DNA of 64,000 bases from an uncultured bacterium (GCA_963713925.1 OY970212.1:704001-768000); one strand, 5' to 3'. Positions 39,792 through 50,050 are shown, counted from the first letter of the stretch. Notes: generated by a model from the letters alone, not told the origin. Program-made: numbers and translations.

Positions 39792-41309
39792 ATGATTACT
39801 ATTGACGTAAGCAAGCAGAGTCTTTTGCAACAACAGGCGATAGCTAAAGTCTTGTTTGTTGCCGAAGGTTTCTCAGCTTCTGATATCCCACAAGAACTAC
39901 AAAAAGAATCTCCCGTTTTAGCACAATTGGTTGGGCAAGAACATTTTACCGGCAAATCGGGCACTATTCTCAGCGCACCGATTGTCAAAGATGGTAAACT
40001 TTCGTTTATCGTCCTTGTCGGCACCGGAACTAAGCAAGAAGGTAAAACTGCCGAGTATTATATTGAGCAGTTCCGACGTTTAGTTGGCAAAGTTATTCGC
40101 ACGGCAGAATCGCATCGCTGGTATTCGGTTGCGATTAAGTTGCCTCAAGCAGCTCGTCTGGGTATCTCCGATTTTGATCTTGGCCAACAGACCGCAGAAA
40201 GTGCAAGCATCGCGGCATACACCTTTTTTGAATACATCACTGATCCTGAACGTAAATCGCGCGTTACGCATGTGACGCTCGTGCTTGATGGGCAAGATTC
40301 AAAGGAGATCTTGTCGGGCATTGAACGAGGAAAAATTATTTCTGAAGGCGTCAACGAAACGCGTCGTTGGATCGATTTACCACCGGTAGCACTTACGCCG
40401 ATAGCCATGGTTGATATTGCGCGTGAAGTTGCTCGTAAACGAAATCTTAAAATTACCGTATTTGATGAAAAACAAATTAACCAAATGGGCATGGGTGGAT
40501 TGAGTGCCGTTGCGGCCGGTTCTGAGCGAGACGCGCAATTTGCCATTCTTGAATATCAGTGCGGAAAATCTGGAGCTCCGACCTTGGGCTTTGTCGGCAA
40601 AGGCATAACGTTTGATTCAGGAGGATTGAGCATCAAACCGGCTGAATCAATGGAAACTATGAAAGATGATATGGCCGGCGCTGCAGCAGTGCTCGCATCA
40701 ATGGATGTGCTTGCTCAATTGAAACCGTGCGTCAATATCGTCGGATTTTTGCCATTAACTGAAAACTTACCAAGCGGCAAAGCAACCAAGCCGGGCGATA
40801 TTGTCACATTCTACAATGGCAAGACGGCTGAGGTAAAAAATACCGATGCAGAAGGTCGACTCATTTTAGCCGATGCGCTTTCATATGCAGAAAAACATTA
40901 CAAACTTGATGCGATCGTCGATCTTGCGACATTGACTGGCGCGTGCGCCTATGCACTCGGGCCCTACTATAGTGGTTTGATGAGTAATGATGAGCCATTG
41001 GTTGAGCGTTTGATGGAAAGTTCCGGTCGATCAGGGGATACGTTGTGGCGATTGCCATTAACGCCTGATTACATGCCTGCCATCAGAACTCCCGTTGCTG
41101 ATATTGCAAATATTGGAAGCTCGCGTTATCGTGCGGGAGCAATCACGGCAGGATTATTCCTTTCTCACTTTGTAGAAAAAACGCCGTGGGCTCATATTGA
41201 TATTGCGGGCACAGCATTTAATGTTCCTGACAAATCATATTTCAGATCTGAAGGCGCCACCGGAGTTGGTGTGCGACTTTTGGTTGATTTAGCTTTGCAT
41301 TGGAAATAA
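39792..41309 (+). CDS. pepA: Leucyl aminopeptidase (M17)
   Basis: VGKGITFDSGGLSIK, MKDDMAG, NTDAEGRL, DLATLTGA, WAHIDIAG. Confidence 0.95.
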   Translation: MITIDVSKQSLLQQQAIAKVLFVAEGFSASDIPQELQKESPVLAQLVGQEHFTGKSGTILSAPIVKDGKLSFIVLVGTGTKQEGKTAEYYIEQFRRLVGKVIRTAESHRWYSVAIKLPQAARLGISDFDLGQQTAESASIAAYTFFEYITDPERKSRVTHVTLVLDGQDSKEILSGIERGKIISEGVNETRRWIDLPPVALTPIAMVDIAREVARKRNLKITVFDEKQINQMGMGGLSAVAAGSERDAQFAILEYQCGKSGAPTLGFVGKGITFDSGGLSIKPAESMETMKDDMAGAAAVLASMDVLAQLKPCVNIVGFLPLTENLPSGKATKPGDIVTFYNGKTAEVKNTDAEGRLILADALSYAEKHYKLDAIVDLATLTGACAYALGPYYSGLMSNDEPLVERLMESSGRSGDTLWRLPLTPDYMPAIRTPVADIANIGSSRYRAGAITAGLFLSHFVEKTPWAHIDIAGTAFNVPDKSYFRSEGATGVGVRLLVDLALHWK

Positions 41310-41316
41310 AAAAAGC

Positions 41317-41342
41317 AAGAGCCGGTCAAATGATCGGCTCTT
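41317..41342 (+). terminator. Terminator-like hairpin
   Basis: AAGAGCCGGTC-AAAT-GATCGGCTCTT. Confidence 0.65.
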
Positions 41343-41491
41343 ACTTATACAATATCTAGTTTTTACTTATTTATTGCAGCGGTCGAGTATTTAAAATGGA
41401 TAGTCGAAAATAAGATGCAGTGCCCATAAGCTCAAAAATGAATCGACCTTAACTCAAATAGTTCATTTTGCTATCTGGATCAAAATCTTCG

Positions 41492-41881
41492 CTATTTCTT
41501 AAGCGGAAGTCCAGTATAATACTTAATGGGAAAATATTTTGCAGAAACAAAGCAGCCCAACGTATATGCAACTATGTATGAAGTAAGGCTATTCTCGGTG
41601 GTACTTAGAGGTTTGTTATGCGAAAATACGCCGAGTGAGCTCTCCGCTATTCGCATAAGTGCAAAGCATGATACGGCAGCAAGTGAGACTGGAATGTAAA
41701 AACGGTTGCCTTTGTATATCGCCCCATCAATTCCACCTGATATAGCACCGCATAGCACGTGCGTCACGATATCATTTTTCTTTATGAATTTTATAATTTT
41801 GTTTTGCGTAGATTCAGATTCAGAAGCGCCGATGAAAGATATGAATCCAAAGGTTACTAAGGCAATGAATTTAATTTTCAT
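41492..41881 (-). CDS. Hypothetical membrane protein
   Basis: 129 aa; signal plus hydrophobic segments. Confidence 0.65.
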   Translation of the reverse strand: MKIKFIALVTFGFISFIGASESESTQNKIIKFIKKNDIVTHVLCGAISGGIDGAIYKGNRFYIPVSLAAVSCFALMRIAESSLGVFSHNKPLSTTENSLTSYIVAYTLGCFVSAKYFPIKYYTGLPLKK

Positions 41882-42131
41882 AATAATCCTGAATTAATAA
41901 AGTTATACTGTTTTTTATTCTTATCTCAGGTTATTCCACTCTATTTTTGGGTCAACTGGGTCAAAGGTTAAAGAGTTACATATAGAAAACTTATGACGAA
42001 GCTAATAGTGTTCAATTGCCGCTTTTGTTTAGGTTGTTATTTCAGACAGACTTTTGATTTCCGATAATGTCGGTGCTATGTTTATAATTAAGACTTGCTA
42101 AAGAAGATTTAATTATAACTGAGGTTTCGTT

Positions 42132-43196
42132 ATGCACTTTCATAAAAAATTGCTTTTATTTTTGCTGGTTTTTTCAATGTATGCTCATGCGGCAGATCAA
42201 GATCTTAGTCCTCGTGCTTCGATCAAACGGGCGCGGACAGAAGGTGATCTTTCTCAGGAATTTTATTCACCGAAAAAAGTAAAAAGAAATCAGGTTACTA
42301 TAGATTGCCAAAACTTAGATTTAGTCCAACGAGACAATTTATTTGATTTAGAACCATTAAAAGAAAAATTACGCTCGAAAACAGAACAGTTATCAACTGA
42401 AGATATTGAAGAAAATATGCGAGTAGTAGCAACAAGAAAACGGATGGCCGCTCAAATGCTCGAAAAAGATAGGACTACCTTGGAAAAAACGTGCAATGAT
42501 TTGAAAGCAATGTTGTTGTGGCAGAAGCATTGTCGTGAATATCCCCACACTTTTTTTTCAAATCCAAGAGATACGGCAGAGACAAAACTTTCTACATATT
42601 TGACCGGTATCATTCATCATGCAAGGGATGAAATAAAAATCGCTTGTTATCATATTGCTTTTTTCCCCGTAGCTCAAGCAGTTGTTGATAGGTATAAAGC
42701 AGGAGTAATCGTTTCTATAATTACCAATAAAGATCAGGGAAATGTGACTTCAGCAGTGAATTTTATGAAAAGAAATGGGATTTCATTATTCGTTCCAAAA
42801 AAATCTTCTTCTTTATATTGTAATGTGCATTGCAAGTTTTTTATTTTTAAAAACATTCTTGGTAAGAAACTTGTTGTTACAGGCTCTTACAATCCAACAG
42901 GAAGTGCCGACAAAAATGAATGGAATGATTTGCACATTACTGATCATAATAAAACGTTTGCTCAGTACACAAAACAATTCAATGAAATGGTGAGAGAGGG
43001 ATGCGTTTCAGCGGATGCTTTCGAAGGCAAATATGAATCATTGTTAGCCAATACACAGAGAAATTATGATAAGAACAAACAGTTGACTTCCGCATACAAT
43101 TTGAACCAGGTACCACAAGAAGAGAGACGATTGTTTGAGCAGTATCCGAATCCGGTTGGACCTGCCAATCGTATTCAATCTGAAGATCAAGAATAA
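42132..43196 (+). CDS. Phospholipase D-like (Nuc/PLD6-type) protein with a single HxK motif
   Basis: A..EIKIACY, VHCKFFIF, VTGSYN; signal peptide. Confidence 0.8.
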   Translation: MHFHKKLLLFLLVFSMYAHAADQDLSPRASIKRARTEGDLSQEFYSPKKVKRNQVTIDCQNLDLVQRDNLFDLEPLKEKLRSKTEQLSTEDIEENMRVVATRKRMAAQMLEKDRTTLEKTCNDLKAMLLWQKHCREYPHTFFSNPRDTAETKLSTYLTGIIHHARDEIKIACYHIAFFPVAQAVVDRYKAGVIVSIITNKDQGNVTSAVNFMKRNGISLFVPKKSSSLYCNVHCKFFIFKNILGKKLVVTGSYNPTGSADKNEWNDLHITDHNKTFAQYTKQFNEMVREGCVSADAFEGKYESLLANTQRNYDKNKQLTSAYNLNQVPQEERRLFEQYPNPVGPANRIQSEDQE

Positions 43197-43318
43197 AAAT
43201 AAAAAAATGACTTTCATTGTGAGATGGCATATGTTTTTGAGAGATATGTGCCATCTCATTTTTTTGTATTGATTGAATAACAACGATTCACGTACACTAG
43301 ATAAAAAAGGGGACGGAA

Positions 43319-44767
43319 ATGAAGAACAGTATTCTTATGAGCATAATATGCTCTATTTCATTTGTATGCGCAGCAGATAAAGATGAAGAATCTCTGATAA
43401 TAGATCTATCAAATCCTACTCCTATTCCATTGCTGGCGACTCTCAATATTGCTCCCGTCCCCGGGCCACTCACCGGTAGAACTCCTCGAAGAAAAAGTTC
43501 CCCCCGTTATGACGGTTTGGTTGAAACGAATTTTTGGACAAGTGATCTTGAACAAAGAACTCATATATGCCTGCCTGCCGATGAAATCATTTCCATAGTA
43601 GAACATATCATTGGATGTAGACCGGTGCGCCCGGGATGTAAACCTACTCCATATAGTTTAGCGCGGGATGGGAAGGTGCTTTTTAATATGGCAGTAAGTT
43701 GTAAACAGTTAAATGGTATTTTAAGCGATACTCATTGCGTCAATGCACTCATCCGGCGGGCTTCAAAATTATCGGGAATACCCCCATATACCGTTGCCGG
43801 TCTTTTTAACACCCATGAAATGTTCAATTATCTGGATAACGAAAAAAAAATGTTATTGGATTCGGAGGAACCGATTCAACGTAGAGCTTGGAGCTTAGCT
43901 CGATTTATCCAATCCAAAGTGGCGATTGATAGGCTGGCTCTGTTGCGCCTTGATGAGGATATGAGCAGAACATTTGTGCGCTGGATTGAGGAAACGGTAA
44001 ATCAAGCCGGTGAAAATGAAGTGTTTCAAGATGCTTGGACGACAAATATGGTGCCTTTTGGTGCAAATACATTTTTATATTCAACCGAAAAAGAAACCTC
44101 CGTGGTTGTCGGGTCAATTGCCAAGATGAAAAGAACTCATTCTAAATTGGAAGATGCTACATTAGAAAATTCTATGACTTCTTCAATTAGTGCATCCGAC
44201 GATACGATTTGGATACGGCAATGTAGAAAAGTCTTTTCCTCTCGATTGGCGGAAGGGGATTATGAAAAACAGATACTCCTGGCCTTTATTCAAAAGGAGC
44301 AAGATAATAAGACGGCTCTCTGTATTTGTAAAAAACAAGACCAAGGGGATGAAGAGCACCTTGCGCAAAAACAAGCTCCGACCGAGGCAGCCATTGCCCC
44401 GGATGCGTATCGGGTGGTGCCTCGTATCAATTTCGATACTCTACAAGATCCGGTCCTGTCCAACGTACTATGGCATAAGAACAAACTTATCGCTCAGGGA
44501 ATTGATAATAAAAATATGTTTGTTATTAAATTGTTGCCAAACCCGGATGGCACGATAAGCTTTGACTCTTTTCTTGCCCAAAAACCGGTTAATGATTCTC
44601 AAGAAGTCCGTTCAATGGCTATTGATGAAGACGGAAACATCTATGTTGGTAACTTTCAAACCGGTTCTTATGTGACTAACGTTGATGGTTGGTGGGGTGG
44701 ATATATGAGTTGGTTTAAGAAAATTTTTCTTATTAATTATTTCAGAAAAAAGCTTGGATATAAATAA
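43319..44767 (+). CDS. Hypothetical secreted protein with F-box-like segment
   Basis: Signal ...VCA|AD; LPADEIISIVEHI...MAVSCKQLN. Confidence 0.7.
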   Translation: MKNSILMSIICSISFVCAADKDEESLIIDLSNPTPIPLLATLNIAPVPGPLTGRTPRRKSSPRYDGLVETNFWTSDLEQRTHICLPADEIISIVEHIIGCRPVRPGCKPTPYSLARDGKVLFNMAVSCKQLNGILSDTHCVNALIRRASKLSGIPPYTVAGLFNTHEMFNYLDNEKKMLLDSEEPIQRRAWSLARFIQSKVAIDRLALLRLDEDMSRTFVRWIEETVNQAGENEVFQDAWTTNMVPFGANTFLYSTEKETSVVVGSIAKMKRTHSKLEDATLENSMTSSISASDDTIWIRQCRKVFSSRLAEGDYEKQILLAFIQKEQDNKTALCICKKQDQGDEEHLAQKQAPTEAAIAPDAYRVVPRINFDTLQDPVLSNVLWHKNKLIAQGIDNKNMFVIKLLPNPDGTISFDSFLAQKPVNDSQEVRSMAIDEDGNIYVGNFQTGSYVTNVDGWWGGYMSWFKKIFLINYFRKKLGYK

Positions 44768-44819
44768 TTATAATTGGGGAGGGGCATAGACTGTTGTACT
44801 ACCCCCCTCAACTATTTTA

Positions 44820-45986
44820 TTACAGAATATCTAATGGTTGCACTTCAGATTCAAAATAAATATGCAACTCTTCAGGAAGTTTTTTGTAATCGTTTCGACT
44901 GCATAATGATGAATAATCGATGCCGCAATAGGTGTTCCAGAAAAGAACGACATGATCTTTATTAATAATCCCATTATGTGCATCATCAGTGATTGCAGCA
45001 ATCGGTTTTGCACTGTAAGTACCTTCGAGTTTTATTCCCTCAAGTTCTTTGAACGTTTTTATTGCATCAACGGCTTCAGGAATGAAAAGTCCATATGCGG
45101 TCCCACAGAAGTTTTTATTGAGGATCAATTGTTCGAGAGGAAATTCATACAATGGGATCGATGCATCTACAGCATGCAAATGTTCATTTGTTTGTTTGAA
45201 TAATGTTGTGATGGTGTGTAAAAATTCATCGGGAGTATCTTCGGGCTCAACGCAGATACCGACTATCTTGGATGAAAGTCCGGCTATCGTTGAACCTAAT
45301 AGTAATCCTGCAGTGGTAGCACAGCTCCCAGTTGCCACGTAAATAAAATCAGGTTCAGGCATTTCGTTATTCTTTATTTGCTCTGCTAATTCCAGGGCAG
45401 CGTTCACAAAGCCGAGAACGCCAATTGCATTTGATCCTCCGGTTGGAATAAGGTATGCATGCGGATCATTGGCTAACATGTGCGCGGCTGCTTGTGAGCG
45501 TACTGTGTTGTTGGGGAAATATTGTATTGTTGCATCATTGGCAAGATCAAGTAAGAGATTATGTTGTACAACGCGCGAGTTTGGTTGATGTTTCAGCATG
45601 AGTATCGGTTTGAATCCAAGTTTATATGCATAGACAGCTGTCGCAAGCGCATGATTTGAACCGGCGCATCCGTAGGTGATGATAGTTTCAGCATTTTTTG
45701 AGCGTGCGTCAGCAAGTAAAAATTCTAATTTTCTTGGTTTATTGCCGCCATACAGGCGAAAGCTTTCATTCACTTGTGTTCCGGTGAGATCATCTCGCTT
45801 GATGAAAAGATGCGGCAGTTGTAAATGTGTGCCAAAATTGTTCAATCGTTCAATCGGTGTGGGTAAATTGCAGAAGGAAATGTAAGGAATCGATTCTTTG
45901 AGTGTAGGAAATCGCGTTAATAACGGTGGTTGTGCCGACACAAAAATAAATAGGTTTGTGAGCGCGAGTGAAAATAATAACTTCAT
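44820..45986 (-). CDS. PLP-dependent ACC deaminase/D-cysteine desulfhydrase family enzyme
   Basis: PTPI, IKRDD, GGNKPRKLEFL, SNHA, PTGGS, GSCATTAGL, YSAK. Confidence 0.9.
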   Translation of the reverse strand: MKLLFSLALTNLFIFVSAQPPLLTRFPTLKESIPYISFCNLPTPIERLNNFGTHLQLPHLFIKRDDLTGTQVNESFRLYGGNKPRKLEFLLADARSKNAETIITYGCAGSNHALATAVYAYKLGFKPILMLKHQPNSRVVQHNLLLDLANDATIQYFPNNTVRSQAAAHMLANDPHAYLIPTGGSNAIGVLGFVNAALELAEQIKNNEMPEPDFIYVATGSCATTAGLLLGSTIAGLSSKIVGICVEPEDTPDEFLHTITTLFKQTNEHLHAVDASIPLYEFPLEQLILNKNFCGTAYGLFIPEAVDAIKTFKELEGIKLEGTYSAKPIAAITDDAHNGIINKDHVVLFWNTYCGIDYSSLCSRNDYKKLPEELHIYFESEVQPLDIL

Positions 45987-46082
45987 TAGAACTTCTTTCC
46001 ATACTAGAAAACTTTGATTTTAACTCTTTTCTTTTTTGCTATAATAACATGCAACGCATTCTGCTCTCTGTAAAGGATTTTT

Positions 46083-46481
46083 ATGAAAAAATTATTACTG
46101 GCAACACTGATATGTTTTTACAGCGCACCGGCTTGGAATCCTTTTGAAAAAAAAGAATCAACGGCGCGTAAGGTATATAACAAAGCACGAGAATTGGTAT
46201 CACCATTTGCGCCGCTTGGTATGCAAATAGTGGGAGGAGTTGTAGTTCCTACTGTGATTGCTTGTGCCGCAAATCCCTACAAGGGGGAGCCTGCTGATTT
46301 AGTCATCGTCGGTGCTGTTTTTGCTTCTACTGCTGCAAGTACGGCATATAATGGTTATCAAGTTCATCAATCGAACAAAGGTAAAAAACAATACAATAAA
46401 TCGGCGATTGCCTACGCAGTGGCTAATGAGGTAGCTATTTTAGGTATTATGTATTGTTGGCACAAAATCAGGAATTCCTAG
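46083..46481 (+). CDS. Hypothetical membrane protein
   Basis: AAGGA RBS; signal plus three hydrophobic segments. Confidence 0.7.
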   Translation: MKKLLLATLICFYSAPAWNPFEKKESTARKVYNKARELVSPFAPLGMQIVGGVVVPTVIACAANPYKGEPADLVIVGAVFASTAASTAYNGYQVHQSNKGKKQYNKSAIAYAVANEVAILGIMYCWHKIRNS

Positions 46482-46523
46482 AATTGAAAAAAGTCTAGAA
46501 GAAGATAATTTTGTTTAGAATAC

Positions 46524-46554
46524 GAAGGGGTCGCACATGCGGCCCTTCTTTTTT
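46524..46554 (+). terminator. Rho-independent terminator
   Basis: GAAGGGGTCGC-ACAT-GCGGCCCTTC followed by TTTTTT. Confidence 0.75.
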
Positions 46555-46725
46555 AACACTTGCTTGAGTTAAGGGATCGATAAAGAATTGATGACTACGA
46601 CGACCGCATTTGGTCAAGCTCGAACTCAGCAAGGTGCCGCATGTGGAGCCGACAATAATGAGAGATAAAAATTTTCTTGTCTTTCATGTAACAAGACACA
46701 TAGAGTGAAATAAAAAAAGTACGTA

Positions 46726-48006
46726 ATGGATCTCATTATTATGATATCAAAACTCTTTAAACTGCTTATCGCAACGGCTCTTGTGACCATTGTTATTACT
46801 GTTGGCTATGTCGCTTTTTCATTGGTTACGACAAGTGATTCCATACGAGTCGGGGTACTTCATTCACAAACCGGCGTACTTGCAATGAGTGAGCTTCCGG
46901 TTATCGACGCGACGTTGCTCGCTATAGAAGAAGTGAACAAGCAGGGCGGGCTTTTAGGAAAAATAATCGAACCGATTATTGTCGATGGTGCATCGGATCC
47001 GGCTACTTTTGCGTCGTTAGCTGAGCAGTTAATCGTTGAAAAAAAAGTTGATGCGATATTTGGGTGTTGGAGTTCCTCTTGTCGAAAAGCGGTACTGCCG
47101 GTTGTAGAAAAATATAACAGCCTTCTTTTTTATCCGGTGCAATATGAAGGATTTGAAACTTCTCCCAATATTATTTACACCGGATCAACGCCTAATCAAC
47201 AGATATTGCCCGCAATGACCTGGTGCTTGAAGTATATTGGAAACCGATTTTTCTTGGCAGGTTCGGATTATGTATTTCCTCGCACGGCAAATGAAATTAT
47301 TAAAAACTTTCTCTTGTTCTTTAATGCAGAGGTTGTGGGGGAAGAGTATGTTCCTTTGAATGCCGGATATGATCGATATGAAAAAATGGTTCATGCAATT
47401 AAAGAATCCAAGCCAACAGTCATCATTAACACAATTAATGGAAGCGGCAACGCATCTTTTTTTCAGGCGTTGCGTGATGCGGGCATTACTTCCGATAAAG
47501 CTCCGACAATGTCATTTAGTATCGCGGAAGAAGAGTTGAGCATCATCGGTGGTGCATTGTTAGAAGGCGATTACGCAAGCTGGGCTTATTTTCAATCGAT
47601 TGACACTGCCAGAAATAAACAGTTTGTTGAAAAGTTTAAAAACAAATACGGTAGTCATCGCGTGGTGAGTGATCCGATGGAATCCGCCTATGTTGGTGTC
47701 GTATTATGGACAAAGGCTGTTCAAAAAGCAGGAACATCTCATATTAGAGCTGTATTGCCGTTGATTCAAAATTCAGGGGGGGATTTTCCTGAAGGTGTTA
47801 TTTATATTGATCCTGATAATAATAGTGTGTGGAAGCCATGCCGTATTGGTAAAATACGGAAAGACGGTCAATTTGATATTGTGTGGAGTTCCGGAATGGC
47901 GACTCGAACATCTCCATATCCGGTATTATATCGTAGAGAAAACTGGGATCTCTTTTTGCAAAAATTGTATGAAGGATGGAATCACAAATGGGCCTTGGAA
48001 GATTAA
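46726..48006 (+). CDS. Urea/short-chain amide binding protein (UrtA/FmdD/AmiC-type PBP1)
   Basis: VGVLHSQTG..AMSE, DGASD, FGCWSSSCRKAV.PVVE, LFYPVQYEG.E.SPN, PNQQ, GSDYVFPRTAN, NTING. Confidence 0.92.
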   Translation: MDLIIMISKLFKLLIATALVTIVITVGYVAFSLVTTSDSIRVGVLHSQTGVLAMSELPVIDATLLAIEEVNKQGGLLGKIIEPIIVDGASDPATFASLAEQLIVEKKVDAIFGCWSSSCRKAVLPVVEKYNSLLFYPVQYEGFETSPNIIYTGSTPNQQILPAMTWCLKYIGNRFFLAGSDYVFPRTANEIIKNFLLFFNAEVVGEEYVPLNAGYDRYEKMVHAIKESKPTVIINTINGSGNASFFQALRDAGITSDKAPTMSFSIAEEELSIIGGALLEGDYASWAYFQSIDTARNKQFVEKFKNKYGSHRVVSDPMESAYVGVVLWTKAVQKAGTSHIRAVLPLIQNSGGDFPEGVIYIDPDNNSVWKPCRIGKIRKDGQFDIVWSSGMATRTSPYPVLYRRENWDLFLQKLYEGWNHKWALED

Positions 48007-49961
48007 AAAAGGTTATAGAATCATATTTTTTTTCCTATATGCTCTTACTTTTTTTGTGTGGGCTTGCTGTGTTGGCTGGTTTGGCATATTACCAATTAAA
48101 GCAAATCTACATACAAGATAGTTTCTCTGTTTTGAAAAACACTCAGGATTTAGTTAAAAATGGTATGATTCATTATGTCCAAGATCAAAAAGAAACGGCT
48201 CATGAGATTGCTGAAAATAAAGAGGTTGTCGATTTTATCGTAACCCATGCCACGCGAGGAATTTCTATGGAGGGGATGGGATCCGTTGAGAAAAAGACGA
48301 CTGGTCAACGATTGAAAGAGGCGGTTGCAAAGAAGGTTTCGAATCGTTTTTTCATGCTATTTTCTTTGCGTAAAGAACTTCTTTTTAATTCCGGTAGTTC
48401 TTTTACTTCCTTCTCAGATGAAACATTTCAGAATCTTCTTGAAAATTCGTTCATATTGTTTGATCCGGTTATTTCCGATTTTATATCTGATGCACAGACT
48501 CATCAACACCATATATTTGTGGCCGCATCTGTCATGCATGAAAAGCAATTGATTGGATATTTTGTACTCGAGCTCAATCCGGCTGATTTGTACGAGGTAG
48601 TAAAACGAGGATATACTCGAATCGGAAAATCAGGTGATATTGCGATCGCCGAAAAAAAAGGTGAAGACGCTGTCATTGTTATGCCAACTCGCGCGAATCC
48701 GAATGCGGCGTTCACCATGATCGTACCGCTGGGGTCGCCAAATAGTATTGGATTGCAAGAATCAGTGAGAGGAGAAGGTGGCTCGCTGGTAGGTAAAGAT
48801 TTTTATAATAAGCTTGCTCTTTTTACGTGGGATTATATCCCTGATATCAGATGGGGCATTGTTGTCCAACAAACAATGAAAGAAATTGGTCAATTGCTCG
48901 GGGGGGTGTTCAGAGCATTTCTCATATTTCTCATGTTGTGTCTGATTGGAATTGGCGCTTGCCTGTATCGGTTTTTATCAAACACGGATTCAAGGCACTA
49001 TCTCCTGAATATGTTGCTCAGAACTGTAGCCTTTGTGACGTATCTTTTTTTTATTGTGCAAATTATATATCTCGTATTGTTTGTATATCACTCATATCAA
49101 AGAGTGCATATGGAACAGAAGCAAAGAGAGACTCAAATTTCGGTCGCATTACAAAATGCGGCACAGCGAGTTGATTATATTTTTTATCATTTGGAGGAAA
49201 TGGCTCAATTCATTGCTCGTCGCATCAGCAGCAACGGATTTACTCGAGATGATTTTGCAGAACATGTGAAAACAGTACTCACTCAGAATGCTCATGCTCA
49301 GAGCATGAGTGTGGTTGTAAAAATAGTTCATACACAATTGGGCGAAAATAAAAACTGGCAGGTAACATCATTTGCAAAAAACAAACAAGGATCAGTTGAA
49401 TCATATCGGTCAACCAGTGATGTTGATTGGATTTCGCGAGTAATCAAACGTCACTCTGGATGGGAATTGCCCTATAATGACGATCAACGGGAGTGCGTCT
49501 ATACTTTGCTAGTCTATGACAAAACTGGTGCAGAAGTGATAGCATTTGTGGAGATTTCTTGTTTGAAAGAAATGATACTACATGAGTTGGATGACGCATT
49601 ATCAGGTGAGATCAGTTTTTGCCTCATCGCATCTGACGGTAAGGTTATATATAAACAAAAAGGCATTCCGATTGAATCCTTTGAGGTAAACCCGCAGCTG
49701 CCGCATTCTTCACTACGCTTTGCGAAAATTTCACGGATTTTATGGTATGTGGGAGGAAAATCAGAAAGAAGATCTGCCTACTGGTCGTTTATTATGCCAT
49801 TTTTACTTGGATTAATGCGTTCTTTACTTGCAATCGGTGTGATCACGTGTGCATTTTCATATGGGTACAATGCTTTGCATCGAGAAAAGCCGCAACGGAG
49901 GAGAACGCTTTTTGTATTGCTTGTGGCAATAGCAGTCAATATCTTTTTGATGATGTGGTAG
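47976..49961 (+). CDS. Tandem Cache-domain membrane protein with no cytoplasmic output domain
   Basis: TM, dCache-like domain (IFVAASV..LIGYFVLE, IGKSG, GKDF..WGIVV), two TMs, second Cache-like domain (GWELPY..YT.., CLIASDG.VIY), two TMs, stop. Overlaps the upstream gene. Confidence 0.75.
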   Translation: MESQMGLGRLKKVIESYFFSYMLLLFLCGLAVLAGLAYYQLKQIYIQDSFSVLKNTQDLVKNGMIHYVQDQKETAHEIAENKEVVDFIVTHATRGISMEGMGSVEKKTTGQRLKEAVAKKVSNRFFMLFSLRKELLFNSGSSFTSFSDETFQNLLENSFILFDPVISDFISDAQTHQHHIFVAASVMHEKQLIGYFVLELNPADLYEVVKRGYTRIGKSGDIAIAEKKGEDAVIVMPTRANPNAAFTMIVPLGSPNSIGLQESVRGEGGSLVGKDFYNKLALFTWDYIPDIRWGIVVQQTMKEIGQLLGGVFRAFLIFLMLCLIGIGACLYRFLSNTDSRHYLLNMLLRTVAFVTYLFFIVQIIYLVLFVYHSYQRVHMEQKQRETQISVALQNAAQRVDYIFYHLEEMAQFIARRISSNGFTRDDFAEHVKTVLTQNAHAQSMSVVVKIVHTQLGENKNWQVTSFAKNKQGSVESYRSTSDVDWISRVIKRHSGWELPYNDDQRECVYTLLVYDKTGAEVIAFVEISCLKEMILHELDDALSGEISFCLIASDGKVIYKQKGIPIESFEVNPQLPHSSLRFAKISRILWYVGGKSERRSAYWSFIMPFLLGLMRSLLAIGVITCAFSYGYNALHREKPQRRRTLFVLLVAIAVNIFLMMW

Positions 49962-49963
49962 AT

Positions 49964-49996
49964 TACGCCCAAGCGCATGTAATGCGCTTGGGACCC
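49964..49996 (-). repeat. Palindromic element immediately after the Cache gene stop
   Basis: TACGCCCAAGCGCATGTAATGCGCTTGGGACCC. Confidence 0.75.
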
Positions 49997-50050
49997 AACA
50001 ATTTCCGTCTAGGTATAAAAACTATCGCGCGACAGGACGTGCGAAGCAAC

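Noticed and set aside
46555..46725. Possible riboswitch (e.g. guanidine) upstream of the amide-binding gene
   Set aside because: The patch is GC-richer, but I could not find the conserved motifs of known classes. It may be a short gene remnant. An Rfam/Infernal scan would be decisive.
46726..48006. Calling this a urea ABC transporter operon (urtABCDE)
   Set aside because: No permease or ATPase genes are adjacent, so the gene symbol was withheld.
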